Source: Bacteroidales bacterium (GTDB lineage Bacteria; Bacteroidota; Bacteroidia; Bacteroidales; Muribaculaceae). From it: a DNA stretch of 64,000 nucleotides. The stretch spans positions 9,544 through 73,543 of the forward strand of contig JAUNGA010000001.1 of NCBI GenBank assembly GCA_030524765.1, written 5' to 3'. Shown in pieces: positions 9,139 to 20,440 of this stretch. Within the stretch, counting starts at the first letter, position 1. Each line of letters begins with the position of its first letter. The position numbers and the translations under genes are program-made. The notes under the pieces were generated by a model, which searched no databases, was not told the origin of the DNA, and saw only the letters and a list, made by a program, of their open reading frames with translations.

Positions 9139-11000
9139 TGACGCCGCTGCTGCAAATCGACAGGCTCACCAAGAGCTACGGCGACCGTCTGCTGTTTGGC
9201 GACGTCACTTTCGGTATCAACGAGGGCGACAAGATCGGCATAGTGGCCAAGAACGGCATGGGCAAGACTACTTTGCTGTCGATCATAGCCGGCCGTGAGG
9301 CCCCCGACTCGGGTTCGGTGATAGCACGCAACGGTCTCACAGTCGGATATCTTGAGCAGAAACCTACTTTCGAGGGTAATCCCACGGTGGCCGAAGCCGC
9401 ACTCAGCGGCGACGACCCCGTGGCCGCCCTTGTGCGCGAGTACGAGACCGCATGCGCCTCCCCGGGTGATCCCGATGCACTGCAGGACATAATGCATCGT
9501 ATGGATTCGGCCGGCGCATGGGATTATGAGGACCGTATGCGGCAACTGCTCACACGTCTCAATATAACTGACCTGACAGCGCGGGTCGATACCCTGTCAG
9601 GCGGCCAGCGCAAACGCGTGGCCCTTGCCGGCGTGCTTATGCGCAACCCCGATATAATCGTCCTCGACGAGCCCACCAACCACCTCGATGTCGATGTGAT
9701 AGAGTGGATCGAGAACTATCTGCGTCGCTCGCGTGCCACCTTGCTTATGGTGACCCACGACCGCTACTTTCTCGACCGCGTCTGCAACCGTATCATCGAG
9801 ATGGCCGACACCACTGTCTACACCTACGACGGCAACTACGACTACTATCTGCGTCGTCGCGCCGAGCGCATCGAGGCGATGACGGCCGAGCTTGCCAAGG
9901 TGCGCAATACCCTGCGCCGTGAGCAAGAGTGGATGAGCCGTCAGCCACAGGCCCGTGCAGGCAAGGCGCGCTATCGTATCGACTCGTTCTATGAGCTGAA
10001 GGACAAGGAGCGCGCCGGCATACGTCCCGAGAAAGACGTCGCTCTGCAGGTCGAGGCCTCTTATATCGGTTCCAAGATTTTCGAGGCCGAGCATGTCAGC
10101 AAGTCATTTGGCGACAAATGCATCCTGCGCGATTTCAGCTATACGTTTGCCCGCTACGAGAAGGTCGGTCTGATCGGCGCCAACGGTGTCGGCAAATCGA
10201 CATTCATCAAGATGCTGCAGGGAATCGAGCCCATAGATTCGGGCGAATGGAGGCTCGGCACCACAGTGCGGTTCGGCTACTACAACCAGGACGGCCTGCA
10301 GCTCGATAAGTCAAAGAAAGTCATCGACGCAATCACCGAGATAGCCGAGGAGGTCGACATGGGCACGCACCGGCTCACACCGATGCAGTTCCTCAGCCGC
10401 TTTCTCTTTACTCCGGCCGACCAGCAGAAGTATATACATACTCTTTCGGGCGGCGAGCTGGCACGACTGCATCTGGCCACCGTGCTCATGCAGCGTCCCA
10501 ACTTCCTTATTCTCGACGAGCCCACCAATGATCTTGATATTGTCACACTCGGCATACTCGAGGAGTATCTGAGCGAATTCGAGGGATGTCTTATTGTGGT
10601 GAGCCACGACCGCTACTTCCTCGACAACATAGTCGACCATCTGTTTGTGATGACCGGCGACGGCGAGGTCAAAGATTTTCCCGGTACCTATACCGAATAT
10701 GCCGCATGGCGCGACGCACAGGTCAAAGAAGCGGCGCGTCCCGATAAAACTGAAAAATCGCGTCAGGCGCCCCGGCCGGCTTCACGTCCTGTCAGGATGA
10801 CATACAAGGAGCGTCAGGAATTCGAAGCTCTCGAGCGCGAAATCGCATCGCTTACCGACGAGAAGACATCGCTCGAGGCCAAATTCAATTCGGGCGAACA
10901 ACTCGACGATGTCGCCACGCTGTCGAGACGCTACAACGAGGTCTCTGCTATGCTTGACGAAAAAGAAATGCGTTGGCTCGAGCTGTCAGAGAAGGCATAG
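9138..11000 (+). CDS. ABC-F family ATPase (Uup-like)
   Basis: Two ABC cassettes (KNGMGKTT, LSGGQ, LDEPTNHLD; GANGVGKST, LSGGE, LDEPTNDLD), no TM domain, C-terminal coiled coil. Confidence 0.92.
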   Translation: MTPLLQIDRLTKSYGDRLLFGDVTFGINEGDKIGIVAKNGMGKTTLLSIIAGREAPDSGSVIARNGLTVGYLEQKPTFEGNPTVAEAALSGDDPVAALVREYETACASPGDPDALQDIMHRMDSAGAWDYEDRMRQLLTRLNITDLTARVDTLSGGQRKRVALAGVLMRNPDIIVLDEPTNHLDVDVIEWIENYLRRSRATLLMVTHDRYFLDRVCNRIIEMADTTVYTYDGNYDYYLRRRAERIEAMTAELAKVRNTLRREQEWMSRQPQARAGKARYRIDSFYELKDKERAGIRPEKDVALQVEASYIGSKIFEAEHVSKSFGDKCILRDFSYTFARYEKVGLIGANGVGKSTFIKMLQGIEPIDSGEWRLGTTVRFGYYNQDGLQLDKSKKVIDAITEIAEEVDMGTHRLTPMQFLSRFLFTPADQQKYIHTLSGGELARLHLATVLMQRPNFLILDEPTNDLDIVTLGILEEYLSEFEGCLIVVSHDRYFLDNIVDHLFVMTGDGEVKDFPGTYTEYAAWRDAQVKEAARPDKTEKSRQAPRPASRPVRMTYKERQEFEALEREIASLTDEKTSLEAKFNSGEQLDDVATLSRRYNEVSAMLDEKEMRWLELSEKA

Positions 11001-11002
11001 AG

Positions 11003-12178
11003 TCAGTGATTGATACCCTTTATCGCCGCTACGATTCGATCGAGACCGTATTGCAATATGTGGCGTGGACACGCGAAATTGAGCCGCATGAATCCGTCGC
11101 CGCCGGCACCGTAGATGGTGCCCGGCGATAGTTGCACGCAGGCTTTCTCGCGTAGCAGTGTGTCGAGTTCTTCGCTGCCGAGTCCTTTGGCCCTGAAATC
11201 TATCCACGCGAGATATGTGCCTTCGAGCGGAGAAACCTTGCAGGTGATCAGTTTACCCGTTATCTCTTTGCGCACGAGCAGATAATTGTCATGCAGGTAG
11301 CGGCGCAGAGCGTCAAGCCAGGGTTCGCCGTGGTTGTATGCGGCGATTGTCGCCACTACTCCGAAGGGGTTGACGTCACAGACTTCGTTGTCGTTGATGG
11401 CGCGGTCGATGCGTGCCCGTATCGCAGCATCCGGCGCTATGATGTTGGCGATCTGCAGTCCGGCGATATTGAATGCCTTGCTCGGCGACACACATATGGC
11501 CGACCGCATGGTCATTTCGTGATTGACCGTCGCCCATGGCGTATAGTCATGGCCGGGGTAGGTGAGTTCGCAATGTATCTCGTCGGCGATCACGAATACA
11601 TCGTTGCGCAGACAGATTTCGGCGATGCGTGCGAGTTCGTCGCGGGTCCATACACGACCGACCGGATTGTGCGGATTGCACAGCAGCATCAGTCTACAGG
11701 CCGGGTCGGCGGCCTGACGTTCGAGACTGTCAAAATCTATGGTATAGTAGCCGCGGCTGTCTGCCGCGAGCAGATTGTCGAGAGCTATGCAGCCGTTATT
11801 GCGTATAGACGAGAAAAAACAATTGTAGGCAGGCGTCTGCACCAGCACTTTGTCGCCCGGTCCGGTCATTGCCTTGATGATGGCCGACACGGCAGGCACC
11901 ACACCTGATGTATATATAATGTGTGATGGGTCGATGCTCCATCCGTGGCGGCGCATAAACCAGTCGACCGTCGCCTCATAGTATTCGGCGGGTACGCGGG
12001 TGTAGCCGAAGACGCCGTGGTCGACGCGCCGGTGCAGTGCGTCGATGATGCATGGCGCGGTCTTGAAATCCATGTCGGCTACCCACATTGGCAGCACTCC
12101 GTCGGGCATCGAATCCCATTTGTAGCTCGCCGAGCCGCGACGGTCTACCGGCGTGTCAAAATCAAATTCGGGCCTCAT
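11003..12178 (-). CDS. patB: MalY/PatB family PLP-dependent C-S lyase
   Basis: LPMWVADMDF; LCNPHNPVGRVW; IADEIH; SPSKAFNIAG; EGTYLAW; MRLNFAC. Confidence 0.9.
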   Translation of the reverse strand: MRPEFDFDTPVDRRGSASYKWDSMPDGVLPMWVADMDFKTAPCIIDALHRRVDHGVFGYTRVPAEYYEATVDWFMRRHGWSIDPSHIIYTSGVVPAVSAIIKAMTGPGDKVLVQTPAYNCFFSSIRNNGCIALDNLLAADSRGYYTIDFDSLERQAADPACRLMLLCNPHNPVGRVWTRDELARIAEICLRNDVFVIADEIHCELTYPGHDYTPWATVNHEMTMRSAICVSPSKAFNIAGLQIANIIAPDAAIRARIDRAINDNEVCDVNPFGVVATIAAYNHGEPWLDALRRYLHDNYLLVRKEITGKLITCKVSPLEGTYLAWIDFRAKGLGSEELDTLLREKACVQLSPGTIYGAGGDGFMRLNFACPRHILQYGLDRIVAAIKGINH

Positions 12179-13017
12179 CGTGTTACGATTATGCAGTCGG
12201 CCGGTGCCGGCACATTCTCGTCGATGATGATCTCGCCGTAGCCGTCGGCGACGATCTTGCCTGATTTCGGATTTTTTACGCTTGTTACCTTGCCGCGTAT
12301 CGAGGCTTGCACTGTGCTCTCCTCAAATGCGAGGTCGCAGTCGGGTGCCATCTCGCAGTCTTCCATTACCAGGTCGTGGCAGTAGCACAGTGGCTGAGTG
12401 CCCGATATATGGCAGCGAACCAACCGCAGACCGTGGGAATGCCATGCGAGATATTCGCCTGTGAGCCGGCAGTCTATCAGTGTGACATTGTCGGTGTTCC
12501 AGAATGCGTCTTTTGAATCGATGACGGCATTGCGTATCACCACATTGCGGCAATACTGAAACGAATAGTTGCCCTGTTGGCGATAGTCGGCGATGTCGAT
12601 GTCGGCCGAGTGCATGAACAGATAGTCGGCGTTGGCCACCTCGACATCGCGCATGGTCACACCGCTGCAGTGCCACATGGTCTCCTGGGCGTCGGGTATC
12701 ACTACGCGCTCGAGACGCAGATCGTGCATCTCTCTGAACATTTTGGGCGCCTCGACCCTTGTGTCGGTCATCACCAGTCCGCTCGAATACCATAGCGCGG
12801 CGCGGGCTCCGGGCGTGAAGAGACAGTGGTCGACAGTGAATCTGTCGACATGCCAGAATGGATATTTGCCTTCAAACCGGCAGTTGACAGCCTTGATATC
12901 GCTGCAGCGTTTGAGAGCTGACTCTCCGGCATGTATGGTGACATTCTCGAGGTAAAGATCATGTGAGGCGAACAGCGGGCGCTCGCCTCCGAATTCCTTG
13001 TCTTTGATGGTCTGCAT
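12175..13017 (-). CDS. DUF3737 family beta-helix protein
   Basis: FGGERPLF; GESALK; FEGKYPFWH; GNYSFQY; SKDAFW; GEYLAW; GTQPLCY. Confidence 0.88.
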   Translation of the reverse strand: MQTIKDKEFGGERPLFASHDLYLENVTIHAGESALKRCSDIKAVNCRFEGKYPFWHVDRFTVDHCLFTPGARAALWYSSGLVMTDTRVEAPKMFREMHDLRLERVVIPDAQETMWHCSGVTMRDVEVANADYLFMHSADIDIADYRQQGNYSFQYCRNVVIRNAVIDSKDAFWNTDNVTLIDCRLTGEYLAWHSHGLRLVRCHISGTQPLCYCHDLVMEDCEMAPDCDLAFEESTVQASIRGKVTSVKNPKSGKIVADGYGEIIIDENVPAPADCIIVTR

Positions 13018-13050
13018 AGGTGTGATGAATGATTTTCGGTTTTATATAGT

Positions 13051-13122
13051 ACAAAAATACGAAATTTTTTCAAAAAAACAGAATATATTTTTATCAAGTG
13101 TGGCAAAAAGTTTGTAACTTTG
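13051..13122. promoter_or_regulatory. Divergent -7 promoter elements (DUF3737 on minus, guaB on plus)
   Basis: TATTTTTG on minus at 13051-13058; TAACTTTG on plus at 13115-13122. Confidence 0.65.
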
Positions 13123-13132
13123 CATGCAATAA

Positions 13133-14632
<1,500 letters not shown>

Positions 14633-14657
14633 TTTTATCAGTCGCATTCTAAAAATT

Positions 14658-14702
14658 AACGCCGTAATACAATAATATGTGTATTTCGGCGTTTTTCTTT
14701 TT
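14658..14702 (+). terminator. Terminator after guaB
   Basis: AACGCCG...CGGCGTT hairpin followed by a T-rich tail. Confidence 0.65.
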
Positions 14703-14744
14703 GATGATATTTTATAATACCGAATCAACCGTCATATTTCAGCA

Positions 14745-16670
14745 ATGAAAAAACAAATTTTGGCAGCCGGCGTCATCTGCGCCTCACTGTTTGCCATTAC
14801 AGCCAAGACCAACGATCCCGTGCTTATGAATGTCGCGGGTAAAGACGTGCGTCTGAGCGAATTCGAATACCTTTATAACAAAAATAACGCACAGCAGGTG
14901 CAGCCCCAGACGCTCGACGAATATGTCGACATGTTTGTCAACTTCAAGCTTAAGGTAGCTGCTGCCGAGGCCGAGGGTATCGACACTACAGATACTTTTA
15001 TGGGCGAGTATCTCAAATTCCGCAACGAGCTTGCCGATCCTTATCTGCGCGACGACAAGGTGGCCGAGGCTCAGATAAAGGAATTTTATGACCACATGCT
15101 CACCGACGTCACCGTCAGCCACATCATGCTGCCTCTGGGCAGCGAGGCTCTTGCCGACTCGCTGTTGCAGGTCATCAAGAGCGGTCAGACTCCTTACGAG
15201 ACTGTGGCCGAGCAGTTCTCACGCGACCGTTATTCTGCCGGTCGTGGCGGCTGGATGGGTGTTGTAAAAGCCGGACGCTATCCTTGGCCCTTCGAGAAGG
15301 CTTCGTTCGAGCTCAGCGAGGTAGGCGAGCTTTCGCCTGTCGTAAACTCGGGCATCGGTCTGCATATCATACGTCTCGAAAAACGCCAGCCGGCTATCGG
15401 CGAGGTGCACGCGGCTCACATACTGCTCACCACCCGCAATCAGCCCGACAGTGTTGAGGCCGCACAGGGAGCCAAGATAGACTCGCTCTACAAGGTGGTG
15501 ACCACACCCGGTGTTGACTTCGGCGAGATCGCAAAACAATATTCTCAGGATCCCGGCTCGGGTTCGCGCGGCGGCGATCTGGGCTGGTTCGGTCCCGGCA
15601 TGATGGTCAAGGAATTTGACGACATGACATTCTCGCTCAAAGACGGTGAGATCTCAAAACCGTTCCGTACACAGTTCGGGTGGCATATCATATATCGCAT
15701 CGAGAGCCGTGGTGTCGGTTCGCTCGACGACAACCGCACCACCATCACCGAGGCCCTTGCACGCGACACCGAGCGTGCCGGCGAGGCCCGCAACGCATAT
15801 CTCAAAGATGTGATCGCCAAATACAAAGGCAGCGTCAACGAGAAGACAATGAAATACGTGGCCGAGGCAGCCCGCAAGCATGGCGACAAGCTTGATCAGT
15901 CTCTCATAGAAGAATTTGCCGCGAGCAAGAAACCTGCACTGACATTCAACGGCAAGACCACCACGCTCGGCGAGCTCATCGCCTATGTACCGTCTGTGAC
16001 ACCCGAAGGTCCCGGTGCTGTAGAGAATGCCCTGCGTCAGGCTGCCGACAATCTGCTCAATTCGCTCGCTCTTGATCAGGCACGCGAAGACCTGGCCGAT
16101 ACCAATCCCGACTATCGTAATCTTATCAATGAATATCGCGACGGTATCCTGCTCTTCGAGATCTCAAACCGCAACGTATGGGAGCGTGCGTCGACCGATA
16201 CAGAAGGTCTCGAGAACTATTTCCGTCAGAACCGCGACAAATATCGTTGGGAAGCTCCAAAATTCAAGAGCTTCATATTCTTCGCGCCCAATGACTCGCT
16301 GCTTGATGTGGCTGTGAAATATGCCACCGACAGCATAGCTCCGTCTGTCAAAGGTACCGATGTCACCGCCGCCATGCGCGACCGCTTCGGCCGCGACGTC
16401 AAGGTCGAGCGTGTGATCGCAGCCAAGGGCGAAAACTCGATTACCGATTATCTCGGTTTTGGCGAGCCCCGTCCGGCCGACGCCAATCCCCGCTGGAGCA
16501 GCTATGCCGCATATCGTGGCCGGGTGATTGACCAGCCCGAGGAGGCAGCCGATGTGCGTGGCGCAGTCGTCGCCGACTATCAGGCCGCTCTCGAGCGTGA
16601 ATGGCTCGAAGGGCTGCACGCCAAATATCCTGTCAAGATCAATCGTGACGTGCTCAAGCAGGTGAAGTAA
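14745..16670 (+). CDS. Periplasmic parvulin-type peptidyl-prolyl isomerase (SurA-like, two rotamase domains)
   Basis: Signal peptide; VSHIM; HAAHILL; YSQDPGSGSRGGDLGWFG; FRTQFGWHII. Confidence 0.88.
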   Translation: MKKQILAAGVICASLFAITAKTNDPVLMNVAGKDVRLSEFEYLYNKNNAQQVQPQTLDEYVDMFVNFKLKVAAAEAEGIDTTDTFMGEYLKFRNELADPYLRDDKVAEAQIKEFYDHMLTDVTVSHIMLPLGSEALADSLLQVIKSGQTPYETVAEQFSRDRYSAGRGGWMGVVKAGRYPWPFEKASFELSEVGELSPVVNSGIGLHIIRLEKRQPAIGEVHAAHILLTTRNQPDSVEAAQGAKIDSLYKVVTTPGVDFGEIAKQYSQDPGSGSRGGDLGWFGPGMMVKEFDDMTFSLKDGEISKPFRTQFGWHIIYRIESRGVGSLDDNRTTITEALARDTERAGEARNAYLKDVIAKYKGSVNEKTMKYVAEAARKHGDKLDQSLIEEFAASKKPALTFNGKTTTLGELIAYVPSVTPEGPGAVENALRQAADNLLNSLALDQAREDLADTNPDYRNLINEYRDGILLFEISNRNVWERASTDTEGLENYFRQNRDKYRWEAPKFKSFIFFAPNDSLLDVAVKYATDSIAPSVKGTDVTAAMRDRFGRDVKVERVIAAKGENSITDYLGFGEPRPADANPRWSSYAAYRGRVIDQPEEAADVRGAVVADYQAALEREWLEGLHAKYPVKINRDVLKQVK

Positions 16671-16706
16671 TACTGCCGTTCACGTATATTAAATACAGAC
16701 AGAAAG

Positions 16707-17570
16707 ATGGAAGCAAAACTCTCATTGAAGATCGTTGCCGCCGTCTTTCTGTCTTTTTTGTGTATGTCGTGTGGCAAAAATGATGAGAACGCAGCCGACG
16801 TGATAGTGCGTCTGGGCAACAGCACACTGAGTCGTACGCAGCTGATGCAGAATATGCCCGGCGGCCTTTCGCCTGACGATTCGACACGATATGCACGTGC
16901 TTATATCAACACATGGATAGACTCTCATCTGATCACTGACATCGCATCGCGTGAGATCGACATGGACGAGATCGACCGCCTGACGGCTGACTATCGTCGA
17001 CAACTGATCATGCAGCGCTATCGCAACCGCATGTTCGAGACTCATGCACCGACAATCTCTGAAGATTCGTTGCGGGCCTATTACGACTCTCATCGTTCGG
17101 AATTTGTGCTCGAGCGTCCGCTTGTGCGCGGAGTCTATCTCAAGGTGCCCGACGACGCCGGGGATCTCGCACAGCTGCGACGCCTATACCGTTCTGACAA
17201 GCCCGAAGACATCGACCGTCTCGAGAAAGAAGTGCTCAAGTCGGCTATACACTACGACTACTTCCGCGACCGTTGGGTCGATTGGGAACAGATTGAGTCG
17301 CGCATACCCTATGATTTCGGCTCAGAACCGGGTGTATGGTTAAAAAACTCGCGTCGTCTCGACGAGTCGCTTGGCGGGTTCACCTATCTTCTCTACATCA
17401 CCGATGTCTTGCCCGTCGGTTCGGCAATGCCGTTTGAATCGGCTAAACCCATGATTACCCAGCGTCTGCTCGTGCCGGCCCGTCGCGCCTACGAACTTAC
17501 GCTCACAGGCGCCTTGCGCGAGCGTGCCGTCAAAGATGGCGAGCTCATGATTAACGTCGATATGGAGTGA
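16707..17570 (+). CDS. Lipoprotein, PPIase-associated (degenerate rotamase / SurA N-terminal-like)
   Basis: Lipobox CMSC; YINTWIDSHL; YRRQLIMQRY; follows the PPIase gene, as I recall for Bacteroidales. Confidence 0.65.
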   Translation: MEAKLSLKIVAAVFLSFLCMSCGKNDENAADVIVRLGNSTLSRTQLMQNMPGGLSPDDSTRYARAYINTWIDSHLITDIASREIDMDEIDRLTADYRRQLIMQRYRNRMFETHAPTISEDSLRAYYDSHRSEFVLERPLVRGVYLKVPDDAGDLAQLRRLYRSDKPEDIDRLEKEVLKSAIHYDYFRDRWVDWEQIESRIPYDFGSEPGVWLKNSRRLDESLGGFTYLLYITDVLPVGSAMPFESAKPMITQRLLVPARRAYELTLTGALRERAVKDGELMINVDME

Positions 17571-17587
17571 TCTTTTAAGTATCGGCT

Positions 17588-18865
17588 CTAAATCTGCTTG
17601 TCTATCGGCAGACAGCGTGTGAGATAGAGCCGGGCCTCGCTCCATGGAGTGTATATTTCAGAAGAATTTGGCTGCAGAGGCAAAGGCTGCTCGTTGAGGT
17701 CGACACGCAGATAGTAGCGGCCCGATCCTTTCGCCCGGAAAAGAATCATTTGCAGGTTTGAGGCCATCGGTACAACATCGAAGTCACGCCAGTGTAATCC
17801 GACGGTATCAAAATAATTGGTCATATAGTAGCAGCCACGCAGACGCATAAGCGACAAAAGCGGCATCAGAGTCTCGGCATGACCGAATCTGAAGCATGCT
17901 ACCGCCGGATTGGTGCCTGCGATGAATGTCTCGGTTGTCGATATAAGGTCGAGCAGCAGGTCAGACGCTATGTCGGCAGGGACCGACGATACTGTTGTGG
18001 CGGTACGTTGCAGATACTGACGCATGTTGAAACACGACCACAGTGCATTGTATTCGTCGAGTGAGAAGTATGTCGACGGGTCGCAGTCGACGCTCATGGC
18101 TGCGCATCCGGCAACAACATAATACGCGGTCAGCGAGATCTCGCGTTGCTCGGCCTCGCCGGCAAACGGATAGCGCTCGCCCAGCAGGTGACGGGCAGGT
18201 GCCGTGGGGCATGCCTGATCGTAGTATTCGTCGTAGGCAGGTTTCCAGACATTCTCACGGCGGAATTCGAGATAATCGTTATTTATGTCGAACGGACGCA
18301 TCAGCGCAGAGTTGACACGGCCGGCAAGTATGCTGAAATTTATGCGGTTGTCCATACGGTCGAGCTGGTGCAGAAAGCTGAACATGCTCATCATGCAGCG
18401 TGGCGAGTAGGATGATATTGCAGTGACAGTCGAACCGCCATCGGCTTTTGAGAATACCTCGCCGAAATTGTAGAAGAGACGTGTGGCAATAGAGCGCTGT
18501 TCGGCCATACCGAGCGAATCGAGTGCTCCCCACTGCCCCTTGCTGCGGTTGATGACAATATCGTTGAGCTGGCGCAGACGTCGTCCGGCCGGAGTGATAG
18601 TGCCGATCGAGTCGGCCCGCGACAGCCATGCGGCGAGTTTGTTGCAGTTTGATGCCGATGCCGGGTAACGGGCACCGTGCCGTCCGACGTGGTTTATGAA
18701 AACAGGCACAAGCGAGTCGGGGTAGACGGCCGGATTGATTTCGGCGGGGTAGGGCATGAGCGAACCCCGGCACTGTGCCCAGGTGTATGACGTTGCCATC
18801 GGGTCGGCGGCCGATACTGAGAATACTGCAAGCAGAGCGAATATTGAGACAAATATCTTGCGCAT
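17588..18865 (-). CDS. Secreted histidine acid phosphatase, MINPP/phytase type
   Basis: Signal peptide; RHGARYP; FRFGHAE. Confidence 0.85.
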   Translation of the reverse strand: MRKIFVSIFALLAVFSVSAADPMATSYTWAQCRGSLMPYPAEINPAVYPDSLVPVFINHVGRHGARYPASASNCNKLAAWLSRADSIGTITPAGRRLRQLNDIVINRSKGQWGALDSLGMAEQRSIATRLFYNFGEVFSKADGGSTVTAISSYSPRCMMSMFSFLHQLDRMDNRINFSILAGRVNSALMRPFDINNDYLEFRRENVWKPAYDEYYDQACPTAPARHLLGERYPFAGEAEQREISLTAYYVVAGCAAMSVDCDPSTYFSLDEYNALWSCFNMRQYLQRTATTVSSVPADIASDLLLDLISTTETFIAGTNPAVACFRFGHAETLMPLLSLMRLRGCYYMTNYFDTVGLHWRDFDVVPMASNLQMILFRAKGSGRYYLRVDLNEQPLPLQPNSSEIYTPWSEARLYLTRCLPIDKQI

Positions 18866-18933
18866 AACTATTGTCTGAGAAATTTTGTTTAATTTTGGCG
18901 AAGTTACTAAAAATAACGTATAACTTTACTGAA

Positions 18934-19188
18934 ATGTGCTCAAAAACTCCGATAGAAACTCAAATTAAGCAACTCGACGCACAGATTGCCGCCGGGTGCG
19001 ACGATACGGCGATGGCTGATCTTTATTACAACCGTGGCCTGCTGTATTGGCGGCTCGGCAAGCGCGGCGATGCCATGAGCGACTACAACCGGGCTGTGGC
19101 CCTCGACCCTGCCTCGCCTGCCGCCCAGGCTCTGACAATGGCTCAGGATATCATGGATTTTTACAACACCGATCTCTATAATCCCTAA
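18934..19188 (+). CDS. Small TPR protein
   Basis: YYNRGLLYWRLGKRGDAMSDYNRAVALDPASPA; FYNTDLYNP C-terminus. Start likely ATG 18934. Confidence 0.75.
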   Translation: MCSKTPIETQIKQLDAQIAAGCDDTAMADLYYNRGLLYWRLGKRGDAMSDYNRAVALDPASPAAQALTMAQDIMDFYNTDLYNP

Positions 19189-19320
19189 AGATCGCTTGTG
19201 TCGGCGGTTGTCGCCGTGTTTTCTGTTTTTTCGTATATACCGGTCTTTATTGGCGGGGATATATCGTTTTTTGGTAAGTAATTTGTTGTTTTTGGTATTA
19301 CCAATGGGGCAATCGGTGTG

Positions 19321-19328
19321 TAAATTTG
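19321..19328 (+). promoter_or_regulatory. -7 promoter element for the flavin reductase-CMD operon
   Basis: TAAATTTG. Confidence 0.6.
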
Positions 19329-19429
19329 CATTATTAAAACAGAATGGATAGACAAACATGATGTCGGAGATTCACAAAGCAGAGAGTGACTATGAGTAAA
19401 ACAATTTTGTCTCTGAGAAAAAACGGATT

Positions 19430-20434
19430 ATGAACACAAACAAGCTGTGTTATGTTTTTCTGATGATGTTGGCTGCTCTCATGCCGATGTCTGTAAAATC
19501 GGAAGAGCGTAACAATAATTCAGACATATTGATGGAAAAGAGAAATATCGGAAATTTATTGGCTCTGTATCCGACGCCCGTCACGGTCGTAGGTGCTGAG
19601 GTAAACGGGAAGGTAAATTGGCTCGTTGTGTCTCATGTCGGAATAATCGGTCACGACCGTATCCTTGTCAGCATGAGCAAACAGCACTACACCAATCAAG
19701 GAATTAAAGAGTCAGGCAGACTCTCGCTCAATCTCGTGAGCCGTGAGATGTTGCCACAGGCCGATTATGTAGGCAGTGTGAGCGGTGATAAAATTGACAA
19801 ATCAGAGGTTTTCGCATATCATTACGGCGAAAACGGCACACCTGTCATCGACGAGTCGCCGCTGTCAATGGAACTTGATGTTGTCGATGTTTACGACAGT
19901 CCGGGTTTTGACAATTTTATCTGCACCATAGCCAACACCTATGCCGACAGAGCCGTGCTCGACGAAAACGGCAAACCAGACTATAACAAACTCAGACCGG
20001 TGCTTTTTGAGTTCCCGACATATTCATATCTTGCCGCCGGTCCCGTGCTCGGCAAATGCCGTCAGTTTGAAAAGCAGCCGCACAACTGCCACAAGGAGGT
20101 CATGCAGCCCGACGGGATAATCAGGCTGTCGCGGGTGGAGGTTTATCCGGAATATATCGACGAGTATATGGAGTTTGCCACAGAGGTAGGTGAGATATCG
20201 CTCATGAACGAGCCGGGTGTGCTGACCATGTATGCCATGCAGCAGAAAGACAATCCGTGCATCATCACAATTCTTGAGAGGTATTCATCCGAAGAGGCTT
20301 ATCGGAAACATATCGCCTCAGACCATTTTCAAAAATACAAGCAGGGTACGCTGCATATGGTAAAGAATCTTGATCTCGTAGATCAGAAGGCGATAAATCC
20401 GGCCAATGTTATAGAAAATCACGTTATTCTTTGA
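19430..20434 (+). CDS. Flavin reductase-like (FMN split barrel) domain fused to an antibiotic biosynthesis monooxygenase (ABM/quinol monooxygenase) domain, with N-terminal signal-like segment
   Basis: LYPTPVTVVGAEVNGKVNW; VGSVSG; PVIDESPLSME; then EPGVLTMYA..ILERYSSEEAYRKHIASDHF. Confidence 0.8.
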   Translation: MNTNKLCYVFLMMLAALMPMSVKSEERNNNSDILMEKRNIGNLLALYPTPVTVVGAEVNGKVNWLVVSHVGIIGHDRILVSMSKQHYTNQGIKESGRLSLNLVSREMLPQADYVGSVSGDKIDKSEVFAYHYGENGTPVIDESPLSMELDVVDVYDSPGFDNFICTIANTYADRAVLDENGKPDYNKLRPVLFEFPTYSYLAAGPVLGKCRQFEKQPHNCHKEVMQPDGIIRLSRVEVYPEYIDEYMEFATEVGEISLMNEPGVLTMYAMQQKDNPCIITILERYSSEEAYRKHIASDHFQKYKQGTLHMVKNLDLVDQKAINPANVIENHVIL

Positions 20435-20440
20435 TCGACA

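Noticed and set aside
14729-14735. CGTCATA upstream of the PPIase gene, resembling the ECF -10 box
   Set aside because: No TGTCAC 16-17 nt upstream.
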